Origin: Naegleria gruberi
Taxonomy: Eukaryota
Length of the DNA stretch: 64,000 nucleotides
Assembly: GCA_000004985.1 (NCBI GenBank)
Contig: GG738853.1
Reading direction: 5' to 3' (one strand)
In this document: positions 42,701-54,700 of the stretch, piece by piece
How positions within the stretch are numbered: the first letter of the stretch is position 1
How the letters are laid out: each line of letters starts with the position of its first letter
The notes under the pieces: model-generated
Databases searched by the model: none
What the model was told of the DNA's origin: nothing
What the model saw: the letters and a program-made list of their open reading frames with translations, nothing else
Made by a program: the position numbers and the translations under genes

Positions 42701-45700
42701 NNNNNNNNNNNNNNNNNNNNNNNNNNNNNNNNNNNNNNNNNNNNNNNNNNNNNNNNNNNNNNNNNNNNNNNNNNNNNNNNNNNNNNNNNNNNNNNNNNNN
42801 NNNNNNNNNNNNNNNNNNNNNNNNNNNNNNNNNNNNNNNNNNNNNNNNNNNNNNNNNNNNNNNNNNNNNNNNNNNNNNNNNNNNNNNNNNNNNNNNNNNN
42901 NNNNNNNNNNNNNNNNNNNNNNNNNNNNNNNNNNNNNNNNNNNNNNNNNNNNNNNNNNNNNNNNNNNNNNNNNNNNNNNNNNNNNNNNNNNNNNNNNNNN
43001 NNNNNNNNNNNNNNNNNNNNNNNNNNNNNNNNNNNNNNNNNNNNNNNNNNNNNNNNNNNNNNNNNNNNNNNNNNNNNNNNNNNNNNNNNNNNNNNNNNNN
43101 NNNNNNNNNNNNNNNNNNNNNNNNNNNNNNNNNNNNNNNNNNNNNNNNNNNNNNNNNNNNNNNNNNNNNNNNNNNNNNNNNNNNNNNNNNNNNNNNNNNN
43201 NNNNNNNNNNNNNNNNNNNNNNNNNNNNNNNNNNNNNNNNNNNNNNNNNNNNNNNNNNNNNNNNNNNNNNNNNNNNNNNNNNNNNNNNNNNNNNNNNNNN
43301 NNNNNNNNNNNNNNNNNNNNNNNNNNNNNNNNNNNNNNNNNNNNNNNNNNNNNNNNNNNNNNNNNNNNNNNNNNNNNNNNNNNNNNNNNNNNNNNNNNNN
43401 NNNNNNNNNNNNNNNNNNNNNNNNNNNNNNNNNNNNNNNNNNNNNNNNNNNNNNNNNNNNNNNNNNNNNNNNNNNNNNNNNNNNNNNNNNNNNNNNNNNN
43501 NNNNNNNNNNNNNNNNNNNNNNNNNNNNNNNNNNNNNNNNNNNNNNNNNNNNNNNNNNNNNNNNNNNNNNNNNNNNNNNNNNNNNNNNNNNNNNNNNNNN
43601 NNNNNNNNNNNNNNNNNNNNNNNNNNNNNNNNNNNNNNNNNNNNNNNNNNNNNNNNNNNNNNNNNNNNNNNNNNNNNNNNNNNNNNNNNNNNNNNNNNNN
43701 NNNNNNNNNNNNNNNNNNNNNNNNNNNNNNNNNNNNNNNNNNNNNNNNNNNNNNNNNNNNNNNNNNNNNNNNNNNNNNNNNNNNNNNNNNNNNNNNNNNN
43801 NNNNNNNNNNNNNNNNNNNNNNNNNNNNNNNNNNNNNNNNNNNNNNNNNNNNNNNNNNNNNNNNNNNNNNNNNNNNNNNNNNNNNNNNNNNNNNNNNNNN
43901 NNNNNNNNNNNNNNNNNNNNNNNNNNNNNNNNNNNNNNNNNNNNNNNNNNNNNNNNNNNNNNNNNNNNNNNNNNNNNNNNNNNNNNNNNNNNNNNNNNNN
44001 NNNNNNNNNNNNNNNNNNNNNNNNNNNNNNNNNNNNNNNNNNNNNNNNNNNNNNNNNNNNNNNNNNNNNNNNNNNNNNNNNNNNNNNNNNNNNNNNNNNN
44101 NNNNNNNNNNNNNNNNNNNNNNNNNNNNNNNNNNNNNNNNNNNNNNNNNNNNNNNNNNNNNNNNNNNNNNNNNNNNNNNNNNNNNNNNNNNNNNNNNNNN
44201 NNNNNNNNNNNNNNNNNNNNNNNNNNNNNNNNNNNNNNNNNNNNNNNNNNNNNNNNNNNNNNNNNNNNNNNNNNNNNNNNNNNNNNNNNNNNNNNNNNNN
44301 NNNNNNNNNNNNNNNNNNNNNNNNNNNNNNNNNNNNNNNNNNNNNNNNNNNNNNNNNNNNNNNNNNNNNNNNNNNNNNNNNNNNNNNNNNNNNNNNNNNN
44401 NNNNNNNNNNNNNNNNNNNNNNNNNNNNNNNNNNNNNNNNNNNNNNNNNNNNNNNNNNNNNNNNNNNNNNNNNNNNNNNNNNNNNNNNNNNNNNNNNNNN
44501 NNNNNNNNNNNNNNNNNNNNNNNNNNNNNNNNNNNNNNNNNNNNNNNNNNNNNNNNNNNNNNNNNNNNNNNNNNNNNNNNNNNNNNNNNNNNNNNNNNNN
44601 NNNNNNNNNNNNNNNNNNNNNNNNNNNNNNNNNNNNNNNNNNNNNNNNNNNNNNNNNNNNNNNNNNNNNNNNNNNNNNNNNNNNNNNNNNNNNNNNNNNN
44701 NNNNNNNNNNNNNNNNNNNNNNNNNNNNNNNNNNNNNNNNNNNNNNNNNNNNNNNNNNNNNNNNNNNNNNNNNNNNNNNNNNNNNNNNNNNNNNNNNNNN
44801 NNNNNNNNNNNNNNNNNNNNNNNNNNNNNNNNNNNNNNNNNNNNNNNNNNNNNNNNNNNNNNNNNNNNNNNNNNNNNNNNNNNNNNNNNNNNNNNNNNNN
44901 NNNNNNNNNNNNNNNNNNNNNNNNNNNNNNNNNNNNNNNNNNNNNNNNNNNNNNNNNNNNNNNNNNNNNNNNNNNNNNNNNNNNNNNNNNNNNNNNNNNN
45001 NNNNNNNNNNNNNNNNNNNNNNNNNNNNNNNNNNNNNNNNNNNNNNNNNNNNNNNNNNNNNNNNNNNNNNNNNNNNNNNNNNNNNNNNNNNNNNNNNNNN
45101 NNNNNNNNNNNNNNNNNNNNNNNNNNNNNNNNNNNNNNNNNNNNNNNNNNNNNNNNNNNNNNNNNNNNNNNNNNNNNNNNNNNNNNNNNNNNNNNNNNNN
45201 NNNNNNNNNNNNNNNNNNNNNNNNNNNNNNNNNNNNNNNNNNNNNNNNNNNNNNNNNNNNNNNNNNNNNNNNNNNNNNNNNNNNNNNNNNNNNNNNNNNN
45301 NNNNNNNNNNNNNNNNNNNNNNNNNNNNNNNNNNNNNNNNNNNNNNNNNNNNNNNNNNNNNNNNNNNNNNNNNNNNNNNNNNNNNNNNNNNNNNNNNNNN
45401 NNNNNNNNNNNNNNNNNNNNNNNNNNNNNNNNNNNNNNNNNNNNNNNNNNNNNNNNNNNNNNNNNNNNNNNNNNNNNNNNNNNNNNNNNNNNNNNNNNNN
45501 NNNNNNNNNNNNNNNNNNNNNNNNNNNNNNNNNNNNNNNNNNNNNNNNNNNNNNNNNNNNNNNNNNNNNNNNNNNNNNNNNNNNNNNNNNNNNNNNNNNN
45601 NNNNNNNNNNNNNNNNNNNNNNNNNNNNNNNNNNNNNNNNNNNNNNNNNNNNNNNNNNNNNNNNNNNNNNNNNNNNNNNNNNNNNNNNNNNNNNNNNNNN

Positions 45701-48700
45701 NNNNNNNNNNNNNNNNNNNNNNNNNNNNNNNNNNNNNNNNNNNNNNNNNNNNNNNNNNNNNNNNNNNNNNNNNNNNNNNNNNNNNNNNNNNNNNNNNNNN
45801 NNNNNNNNNNNNNNNNNNNNNNNNNNNNNNNNNNNNNNNNNNNNNNNNNNNNNNNNNNNNNNNNNNNNNNNNNNNNNNNNNNNNNNNNNNNNNNNNNNNN
45901 NNNNNNNNNNNNNNNNNNNNNNNNNNNNNNNNNNNNNNNNNNNNNNNNNNNNNNNNNNNNNNNNNNNNNNNNNNNNNNNNNNNNNNNNNNNNNNNNNNNN
46001 NNNNNNNNNNNNNNNNNNNNNNNNNNNNNNNNNNNNNNNNNNNNNNNNNNNNNNNNNNNNNNNNNNNNNNNNNNNNNNNNNNNNNNNNNNNNNNNNNNNN
46101 NNNNNNNNNNNNNNNNNNNNNNNNNNNNNNNNNNNNNNNNNNNNNNNNNNNNNNNNNNNNNNNNNNNNNNNNNNNNNNNNNNNNNNNNNNNNNNNNNNNN
46201 NNNNNNNNNNNNNNNNNNNNNNNNNNNNNNNNNNNNNNNNNNNNNNNNNNNNNNNNNNNNNNNNNNNNNNNNNNNNNNNNNNNNNNNNNNNNNNNNNNNN
46301 NNNNNNNNNNNNNNNNNNNNNNNNNNNNNNNNNNNNNNNNNNNNNNNNNNNNNNNNNNNNNNNNNNNNNNNNNNNNNNNNNNNNNNNNNNNNNNNNNNNN
46401 NNNNNNNNNNNNNNNNNNNNNNNNNNNNNNNNNNNNNNNNNNNNNNNNNNNNNNNNNNNNNNNNNNNNNNNNNNNNNNNNNNNNNNNNNNNNNNNNNNNN
46501 NNNNNNNNNNNNNNNNNNNNNNNNNNNNNNNNNNNNNNNNNNNNNNNNNNNNNNNNNNNNNNNNNNNNNNNNNNNNNNNNNNNNNNNNNNNNNNNNNNNN
46601 NNNNNNNNNNNNNNNNNNNNNNNNNNNNNNNNNNNNNNNNNNNNNNNNNNNNNNNNNNNNNNNNNNNNNNNNNNNNNNNNNNNNNNNNNNNNNNNNNNNN
46701 NNNNNNNNNNNNNNNNNNNNNNNNNNNNNNNNNNNNNNNNNNNNNNNNNNNNNNNNNNNNNNNNNNNNNNNNNNNNNNNNNNNNNNNNNNNNNNNNNNNN
46801 NNNNNNNNNNNNNNNNNNNNNNNNNNNNNNNNNNNNNNNNNNNNNNNNNNNNNNNNNNNNNNNNNNNNNNNNNNNNNNNNNNNNNNNNNNNNNNNNNNNN
46901 NNNNNNNNNNNNNNNNNNNNNNNNNNNNNNNNNNNNNNNNNNNNNNNNNNNNNNNNNNNNNNNNNNNNNNNNNNNNNNNNNNNNNNNNNNNNNNNNNNNN
47001 NNNNNNNNNNNNNNNNNNNNNNNNNNNNNNNNNNNNNNNNNNNNNNNNNNNNNNNNNNNNNNNNNNNNNNNNNNNNNNNNNNNNNNNNNNNNNNNNNNNN
47101 NNNNNNNNNNNNNNNNNNNNNNNNNNNNNNNNNNNNNNNNNNNNNNNNNNNNNNNNNNNNNNNNNNNNNNNNNNNNNNNNNNNNNNNNNNNNNNNNNNNN
47201 NNNNNNNNNNNNNNNNNNNNNNNNNNNNNNNNNNNNNNNNNNNNNNNNNNNNNNNNNNNNNNNNNNNNNNNNNNNNNNNNNNNNNNNNNNNNNNNNNNNN
47301 NNNNNNNNNNNNNNNNNNNNNNNNNNNNNNNNNNNNNNNNNNNNNNNNNNNNNNNNNNNNNNNNNNNNNNNNNNNNNNNNNNNNNNNNNNNNNNNNNNNN
47401 NNNNNNNNNNNNNNNNNNNNNNNNNNNNNNNNNNNNNNNNNNNNNNNNNNNNNNNNNNNNNNNNNNNNNNNNNNNNNNNNNNNNNNNNNNNNNNNNNNNN
47501 NNNNNNNNNNNNNNNNNNNNNNNNNNNNNNNNNNNNNNNNNNNNNNNNNNNNNNNNNNNNNNNNNNNNNNNNNNNNNNNNNNNNNNNNNNNNNNNNNNNN
47601 NNNNNNNNNNNNNNNNNNNNNNNNNNNNNNNNNNNNNNNNNNNNNNNNNNNNNNNNNNNNNNNNNNNNNNNNNNNNNNNNNNNNNNNNNNNNNNNNNNNN
47701 NNNNNNNNNNNNNNNNNNNNNNNNNNNNNNNNNNNNNNNNNNNNNNNNNNNNNNNNNNNNNNNNNNNNNNNNNNNNNNNNNNNNNNNNNNNNNNNNNNNN
47801 NNNNNNNNNNNNNNNNNNNNNNNNNNNNNNNNNNNNNNNNNNNNNNNNNNNNNNNNNNNNNNNNNNNNNNNNNNNNNNNNNNNNNNNNNNNNNNNNNNNN
47901 NNNNNNNNNNNNNNNNNNNNNNNNNNNNNNNNNNNNNNNNNNNNNNNNNNNNNNNNNNNNNNNNNNNNNNNNNNNNNNNNNNNNNNNNNNNNNNNNNNNN
48001 NNNNNNNNNNNNNNNNNNNNNNNNNNNNNNNNNNNNNNNNNNNNNNNNNNNNNNNNNNNNNNNNNNNNNNNNNNNNNNNNNNNNNNNNNNNNNNNNNNNN
48101 NNNNNNNNNNNNNNNNNNNNNNNNNNNNNNNNNNNNNNNNNNNNNNNNNNNNNNNNNNNNNNNNNNNNNNNNNNNNNNNNNNNNNNNNNNNNNNNNNNNN
48201 NNNNNNNNNNNNNNNNNNNNNNNNNNNNNNNNNNNNNNNNNNNNNNNNNNNNNNNNNNNNNNNNNNNNNNNNNNNNNNNNNNNNNNNNNNNNNNNNNNNN
48301 NNNNNNNNNNNNNNNNNNNNNNNNNNNNNNNNNNNNNNNNNNNNNNNNNNNNNNNNNNNNNNNNNNNNNNNNNNNNNNNNNNNNNNNNNNNNNNNNNNNN
48401 NNNNNNNNNNNNNNNNNNNNNNNNNNNNNNNNNNNNNNNNNNNNNNNNNNNNNNNNNNNNNNNNNNNNNNNNNNNNNNNNNNNNNNNNNNNNNNNNNNNN
48501 NNNNNNNNNNNNNNNNNNNNNNNNNNNNNNNNNNNNNNNNNNNNNNNNNNNNNNNNNNNNNNNNNNNNNNNNNNNNNNNNNNNNNNNNNNNNNNNNNNNN
48601 NNNNNNNNNNNNNNNNNNNNNNNNNNNNNNNNNNNNNNNNNNNNNNNNNNNNNNNNNNNNNNNNNNNNNNNNNNNNNNNNNNNNNNNNNNNNNNNNNNNN

Positions 48701-51700
48701 NNNNNNNNNNNNNNNNNNNNNNNNNNNNNNNNNNNNNNNNNNNNNNNNNNNNNNNNNNNNNNNNNNNNNNNNNNNNNNNNNNNNNNNNNNNNNNNNNNNN
48801 NNNNNNNNNNNNNNNNNNNNNNNNNNNNNNNNNNNNNNNNNNNNNNNNNNNNNNNNNNNNNNNNNNNNNNNNNNNNNNNNNNNNNNNNNNNNNNNNNNNN
48901 NNNNNNNNNNNNNNNNNNNNNNNNNNNNNNNNNNNNNNNNNNNNNNNNNNNNNNNNNNNNNNNNNNNNNNNNNNNNNNNNNNNNNNNNNNNNNNNNNNNN
49001 NNNNNNNNNNNNNNNNNNNNNNNNNNNNNNNNNNNNNNNNNNNNNNNNNNNNNNNNNNNNNNNNNNNNNNNNNNNNNNNNNNNNNNNNNNNNNNNNNNNN
49101 NNNNNNNNNNNNNNNNNNNNNNNNNNNNNNNNNNNNNNNNNNNNNNNNNNNNNNNNNNNNNNNNNNNNNNNNNNNNNNNNNNNNNNNNNNNNNNNNNNNN
49201 NNNNNNNNNNNNNNNNNNNNNNNNNNNNNNNNNNNNNNNNNNNNNNNNNNNNNNNNNNNNNNNNNNNNNNNNNNNNNNNNNNNNNNNNNNNNNNNNNNNN
49301 NNNNNNNNNNNNNNNNNNNNNNNNNNNNNNNNNNNNNNNNNNNNNNNNNNNNNNNNNNNNNNNNNNNNNNNNNNNNNNNNNNNNNNNNNNNNNNNNNNNN
49401 NNNNNNNNNNNNNNNNNNNNNNNNNNNNNNNNNNNNNNNNNNNNNNNNNNNNNNNNNNNNNNNNNNNNNNNNNNNNNNNNNNNNNNNNNNNNNNNNNNNN
49501 NNNNNNNNNNNNNNNNNNNNNNNNNNNNNNNNNNNNNNNNNNNNNNNNNNNNNNNNNNNNNNNNNNNNNNNNNNNNNNNNNNNNNNNNNNNNNNNNNNNN
49601 NNNNNNNNNNNNNNNNNNNNNNNNNNNNNNNNNNNNNNNNNNNNNNNNNNNNNNNNNNNNNNNNNNNNNNNNNNNNNNNNNNNNNNNNNNNNNNNNNNNN
49701 NNNNNNNNNNNNNNNNNNNNNNNNNNNNNNNNNNNNNNNNNNNNNNNNNNNNNNNNNNNNNNNNNNNNNNNNNNNNNNNNNNNNNNNNNNNNNNNNNNNN
49801 NNNNNNNNNNNNNNNNNNNNNNNNNNNNNNNNNNNNNNNNNNNNNNNNNNNNNNNNNNNNNNNNNNNNNNNNNNNNNNNNNNNNNNNNNNNNNNNNNNNN
49901 NNNNNNNNNNNNNNNNNNNNNNNNNNNNNNNNNNNNNNNNNNNNNNNNNNNNNNNNNNNNNNNNNNNNNNNNNNNNNNNNNNNNNNNNNNNNNNNNNNNN
50001 NNNNNNNNNNNNNNNNNNNNNNNNNNNNNNNNNNNNNNNNNNNNNNNNNNNNNNNNNNNNNNNNNNNNNNNNNNNNNNNNNNNNNNNNNNNNNNNNNNNN
50101 NNNNNNNNNNNNNNNNNNNNNNNNNNNNNNNNNNNNNNNNNNNNNNNNNNNNNNNNNNNNNNNNNNNNNNNNNNNNNNNNNNNNNNNNNNNNNNNNNNNN
50201 NNNNNNNNNNNNNNNNNNNNNNNNNNNNNNNNNNNNNNNNNNNNNNNNNNNNNNNNNNNNNNNNNNNNNNNNNNNNNNNNNNNNNNNNNNNNNNNNNNNN
50301 NNNNNNNNNNNNNNNNNNNNNNNNNNNNNNNNNNNNNNNNNNNNNNNNNNNNNNNNNNNNNNNNNNNNNNNNNNNNNNNNNNNNNNNNNNNNNNNNNNNN
50401 NNNNNNNNNNNNNNNNNNNNNNNNNNNNNNNNNNNNNNNNNNNNNNNNNNNNNNNNNNNNNNNNNNNNNNNNNNNNNNNNNNNNNNNNNNNNNNNNNNNN
50501 NNNNNNNNNNNNNNNNNNNNNNNNNNNNNNNNNNNNNNNNNNNNNNNNNNNNNNNNNNNNNNNNNNNNNNNNNNNNNNNNNNNNNNNNNNNNNNNNNNNN
50601 NNNNNNNNNNNNNNNNNNNNNNNNNNNNNNNNNNNNNNNNNNNNNNNNNNNNNNNNNNNNNNNNNNNNNNNNNNNNNNNNNNNNNNNNNNNNNNNNNNNN
50701 NNNNNNNNNNNNNNNNNNNNNNNNNNNNNNNNNNNNNNNNNNNNNNNNNNNNNNNNNNNNNNNNNNNNNNNNNNNNNNNNNNNNNNNNNNNNNNNNNNNN
50801 NNNNNNNNNNNNNNNNNNNNNNNNNNNNNNNNNNNNNNNNNNNNNNNNNNNNNNNNNNNNNNNNNNNNNNNNNNNNNNNNNNNNNNNNNNNNNNNNNNNN
50901 NNNNNNNNNNNNNNNNNNNNNNNNNNNNNNNNNNNNNNNNNNNNNNNNNNNNNNNNNNNNNNNNNNNNNNNNNNNNNNNNNNNNNNNNNNNNNNNNNNNN
51001 NNNNNNNNNNNNNNNNNNNNNNNNNNNNNNNNNNNNNNNNNNNNNNNNNNNNNNNNNNNNNNNNNNNNNNNNNNNNNNNNNNNNNNNNNNNNNNNNNNNN
51101 NNNNNNNNNNNNNNNNNNNNNNNNNNNNNNNNNNNNNNNNNNNNNNNNNNNNNNNNNNNNNNNNNNNNNNNNNNNNNNNNNNNNNNNNNNNNNNNNNNNN
51201 NNNNNNNNNNNNNNNNNNNNNNNNNNNNNNNNNNNNNNNNNNNNNNNNNNNNNNNNNNNNNNNNNNNNNNNNNNNNNNNNNNNNNNNNNNNNNNNNNNNN
51301 NNNNNNNNNNNNNNNNNNNNNNNNNNNNNNNNNNNNNNNNNNNNNNNNNNNNNNNNNNNNNNNNNNNNNNNNNNNNNNNNNNNNNNNNNNNNNNNNNNNN
51401 NNNNNNNNNNNNNNNNNNNNNNNNNNNNNNNNNNNNNNNNNNNNNNNNNNNNNNNNNNNNNNNNNNNNNNNNNNNNNNNNNNNNNNNNNNNNNNNNNNNN
51501 NNNNNNNNNNNNNNNNNNNNNNNNNNNNNNNNNNNNNNNNNNNNNNNNNNNNNNNNNNNNNNNNNNNNNNNNNNNNNNNNNNNNNNNNNNNNNNNNNNNN
51601 NNNNNNNNNNNNNNNNNNNNNNNNNNNNNNNNNNNNNNNNNNNNNNNNNNNNNNNNNNNNNNNNNNNNNNNNNNNNNNNNNNNNNNNNNNNNNNNNNNNN

Positions 51701-54700
51701 NNNNNNNNNNNNNNNNNNNNNNNNNNNNNNNNNNNNNNNNNNNNNNNNNNNNNNNNNNNNNNNNNNNNNNNNNNNNNNNNNNNNNNNNNNNNNNNNNNNN
51801 NNNNNNNNNNNNNNNNNNNNNNNNNNNNNNNNNNNNNNNNNNNNNNNNNNNNNNNNNNNNNNNNNNNNNNNNNNNNNNNNNNNNNNNNNNNNNNNNNNNN
51901 NNNNNNNNNNNNNNNNNNNNNNNNNNNNNNNNNNNNNNNNNNNNNNNNNNNNNNNNNNNNNNNNNNNNNNNNNNNNNNNNNNNNNNNNNNNNNNNNNNNN
52001 NNNNNNNNNNNNNNNNNNNNNNNNNNNNNNNNNNNNNNNNNNNNNNNNNNNNNNNNNNNNNNNNNNNNNNNNNNNNNNNNNNNNNNNNNNNNNNNNNNNN
52101 NNNNNNNNNNNNNNNNNNNNNNNNNNNNNNNNNNNNNNNNNNNNNNNNNNNNNNNNNNNNNNNNNNNNNNNNNNNNNNNNNNNNNNNNNNNNNNNNNNNN
52201 NNNNNNNNNNNNNNNNNNNNNNNNNNNNNNNNNNNNNNNNNNNNNNNNNNNNNNNNNNNNNNNNNNNNNNNNNNNNNNNNNNNNNNNNNNNNNNNNNNNN
52301 NNNNNNNNNNNNNNNNNNNNNNNNNNNNNNNNNNNNNNNNNNNNNNNNNNNNNNNNNNNNNNNNNNNNNNNNNNNNNNNNNNNNNNNNNNNNNNNNNNNN
52401 NNNNNNNNNNNNNNNNNNNNNNNNNNNNNNNNNNNNNNNNNNNNNNNNNNNNNNNNNNNNNNNNNNNNNNNNNNNNNNNNNNNNNNNNNNNNNNNNNNNN
52501 NNNNNNNNNNNNNNNNNNNNNNNNNNNNNNNNNNNNNNNNNNNNNNNNNNNNNNNNNNNNNNNNNNNNNNNNNNNNNNNNNNNNNNNNNNNNNNNNNNNN
52601 NNNNNNNNNNNNNNNNNNNNNNNNNNNNNNNNNNNNNNNNNNNNNNNNNNNNNNNNNNNNNNNNNNNNNNNNNNNNNNNNNNNNNNNNNNNNNNNNNNNN
52701 NNNNNNNNNNNNNNNNNNNNNNNNNNNNNNNNNNNNNNNNNNNNNNNNNNNNNNNNNNNNNNNNNNNNNNNNNNNNNNNNNNNNNNNNNNNNNNNNNNNN
52801 NNNNNNNNNNNNNNNNNNNNNNNNNNNNNNNNNNNNNNNNNNNNNNNNNNNNNNNNNNNNNNNNNNNNNNNNNNNNNNNNNNNNNNNNNNNNNNNNNNNN
52901 NNNNNNNNNNNNNNNNNNNNNNNNNNNNNNNNNNNNNNNNNNNNNNNNNNNNNNNNNNNNNNNNNNNNNNNNNNNNNNNNNNNNNNNNNNNNNNNNNNNN
53001 NNNNNNNNNNNNNNNNNNNNNNNNNNNNNNNNNNNNNNNNNNNNNNNNNNNNNNNNNNNNNNNNNNNNNNNNNNNNNNNNNNNNNNNNNNNNNNNNNNNN
53101 NNNNNNNNNNNNNNNNNNNNNNNNNNNNNNNNNNNNNNNNNNNNNNNNNNNNNNNNNNNNNNNNNNNNNNNNNNNNNNNNNNNNNNNNNNNNNNNNNNNN
53201 NNNNNNNNNNNNNNNNNNNNNNNNNNNNNNNNNNNNNNNNNNNNNNNNNNNNNNNNNNNNNNNNNNNNNNNNNNNNNNNNNNNNNNNNNNNNNNNNNNNN
53301 NNNNNNNNNNNNNNNNNNNNNNNNNNNNNNNNNNNNNNNNNNNNNNNNNNNNNNNNNNNNNNNNNNNNNNNNNNNNNNNNNNNNNNNNNNNNNNNNNNNN
53401 NNNNNNNNNNNNNNNNNNNNNNNNNNNNNNNNNNNNNNNNNNNNNNNNNNNNNNNNNNNNNNNNNNNNNNNNNNNNNNNNNNNNNNNNNNNNNNNNNNNN
53501 NNNNNNNNNNNNNNNNNNNNNNNNNNNNNNNNNNNNNNNNNNNNNNNNNNNNNNNNNNNNNNNNNNNNNNNNNNNNNNNNNNNNNNNNNNNNNNNNNNNN
53601 NNNNNNNNNNNNNNNNNNNNNNNNNNNNNNNNNNNNNNNNNNNNNNNNNNNNNNNNNNNNNNNNNNNNNNNNNNNNNNNNNNNNNNNNNNNNNNNNNNNN
53701 NNNNNNNNNNNNNNNNNNNNNNNNNNNNNNNNNNNNNNNNNNNNNNNNNNNNNNNNNNNNNNNNNNNNNNNNNNNNNNNNNNNNNNNNNNNNNNNNNNNN
53801 NNNNNNNNNNNNNNNNNNNNNNNNNNNNNNNNNNNNNNNNNNNNNNNNNNNNNNNNNNNNNNNNNNNNNNNNNNNNNNNNNNNNNNNNNNNNNNNNNNNN
53901 NNNNNNNNNNNNNNNNNNNNNNNNNNNNNNNNNNNNNNNNNNNNNNNNNNNNNNNNNNNNNNNNNNNNNNNNNNNNNNNNNNNNNNNNNNNNNNNNNNNN
54001 NNNNNNNNNNNNNNNNNNNNNNNNNNNNNNNNNNNNNNNNNNNNNNNNNNNNNNNNNNNNNNNNNNNNNNNNNNNNNNNNNNNNNNNNNNNNNNNNNNNN
54101 NNNNNNNNNNNNNNNNNNNNNNNNNNNNNNNNNNNNNNNNNNNNNNNNNNNNNNNNNNNNNNNNNNNNNNNNNNNNNNNNNNNNNNNNNNNNNNNNNNNN
54201 NNNNNNNNNNNNNNNNNNNNNNNNNNNNNNNNNNNNNNNNNNNNNNNNNNNNNNNNNNNNNNNNNNNNNNNNNNNNNNNNNNNNNNNNNNNNNNNNNNNN
54301 NNNNNNNNNNNNNNNNNNNNNNNNNNNNNNNNNNNNNNNNNNNNNNNNNNNNNNNNNNNNNNNNNNNNNNNNNNNNNNNNNNNNNNNNNNNNNNNNNNNN
54401 NNNNNNNNNNNNNNNNNNNNNNNNNNNNNNNNNNNNNNNNNNNNNNNNNNNNNNNNNNNNNNNNNNNNNNNNNNNNNNNNNNNNNNNNNNNNNNNNNNNN
54501 NNNNNNNNNNNNNNNNNNNNNNNNNNNNNNNNNNNNNNNNNNNNNNNNNNNNNNNNNNNNNNNNNNNNNNNNNNNNNNNNNNNNNNNNNNNNNNNNNNNN
54601 NNNNNNNNNNNNNNNNNNNNNNNNNNNNNNNNNNNNNNNNNNNNNNNNNNNNNNNNNNNNNNNNNNNNNNNNNNNNNNNNNNNNNNNNNNNNNNNNNNNN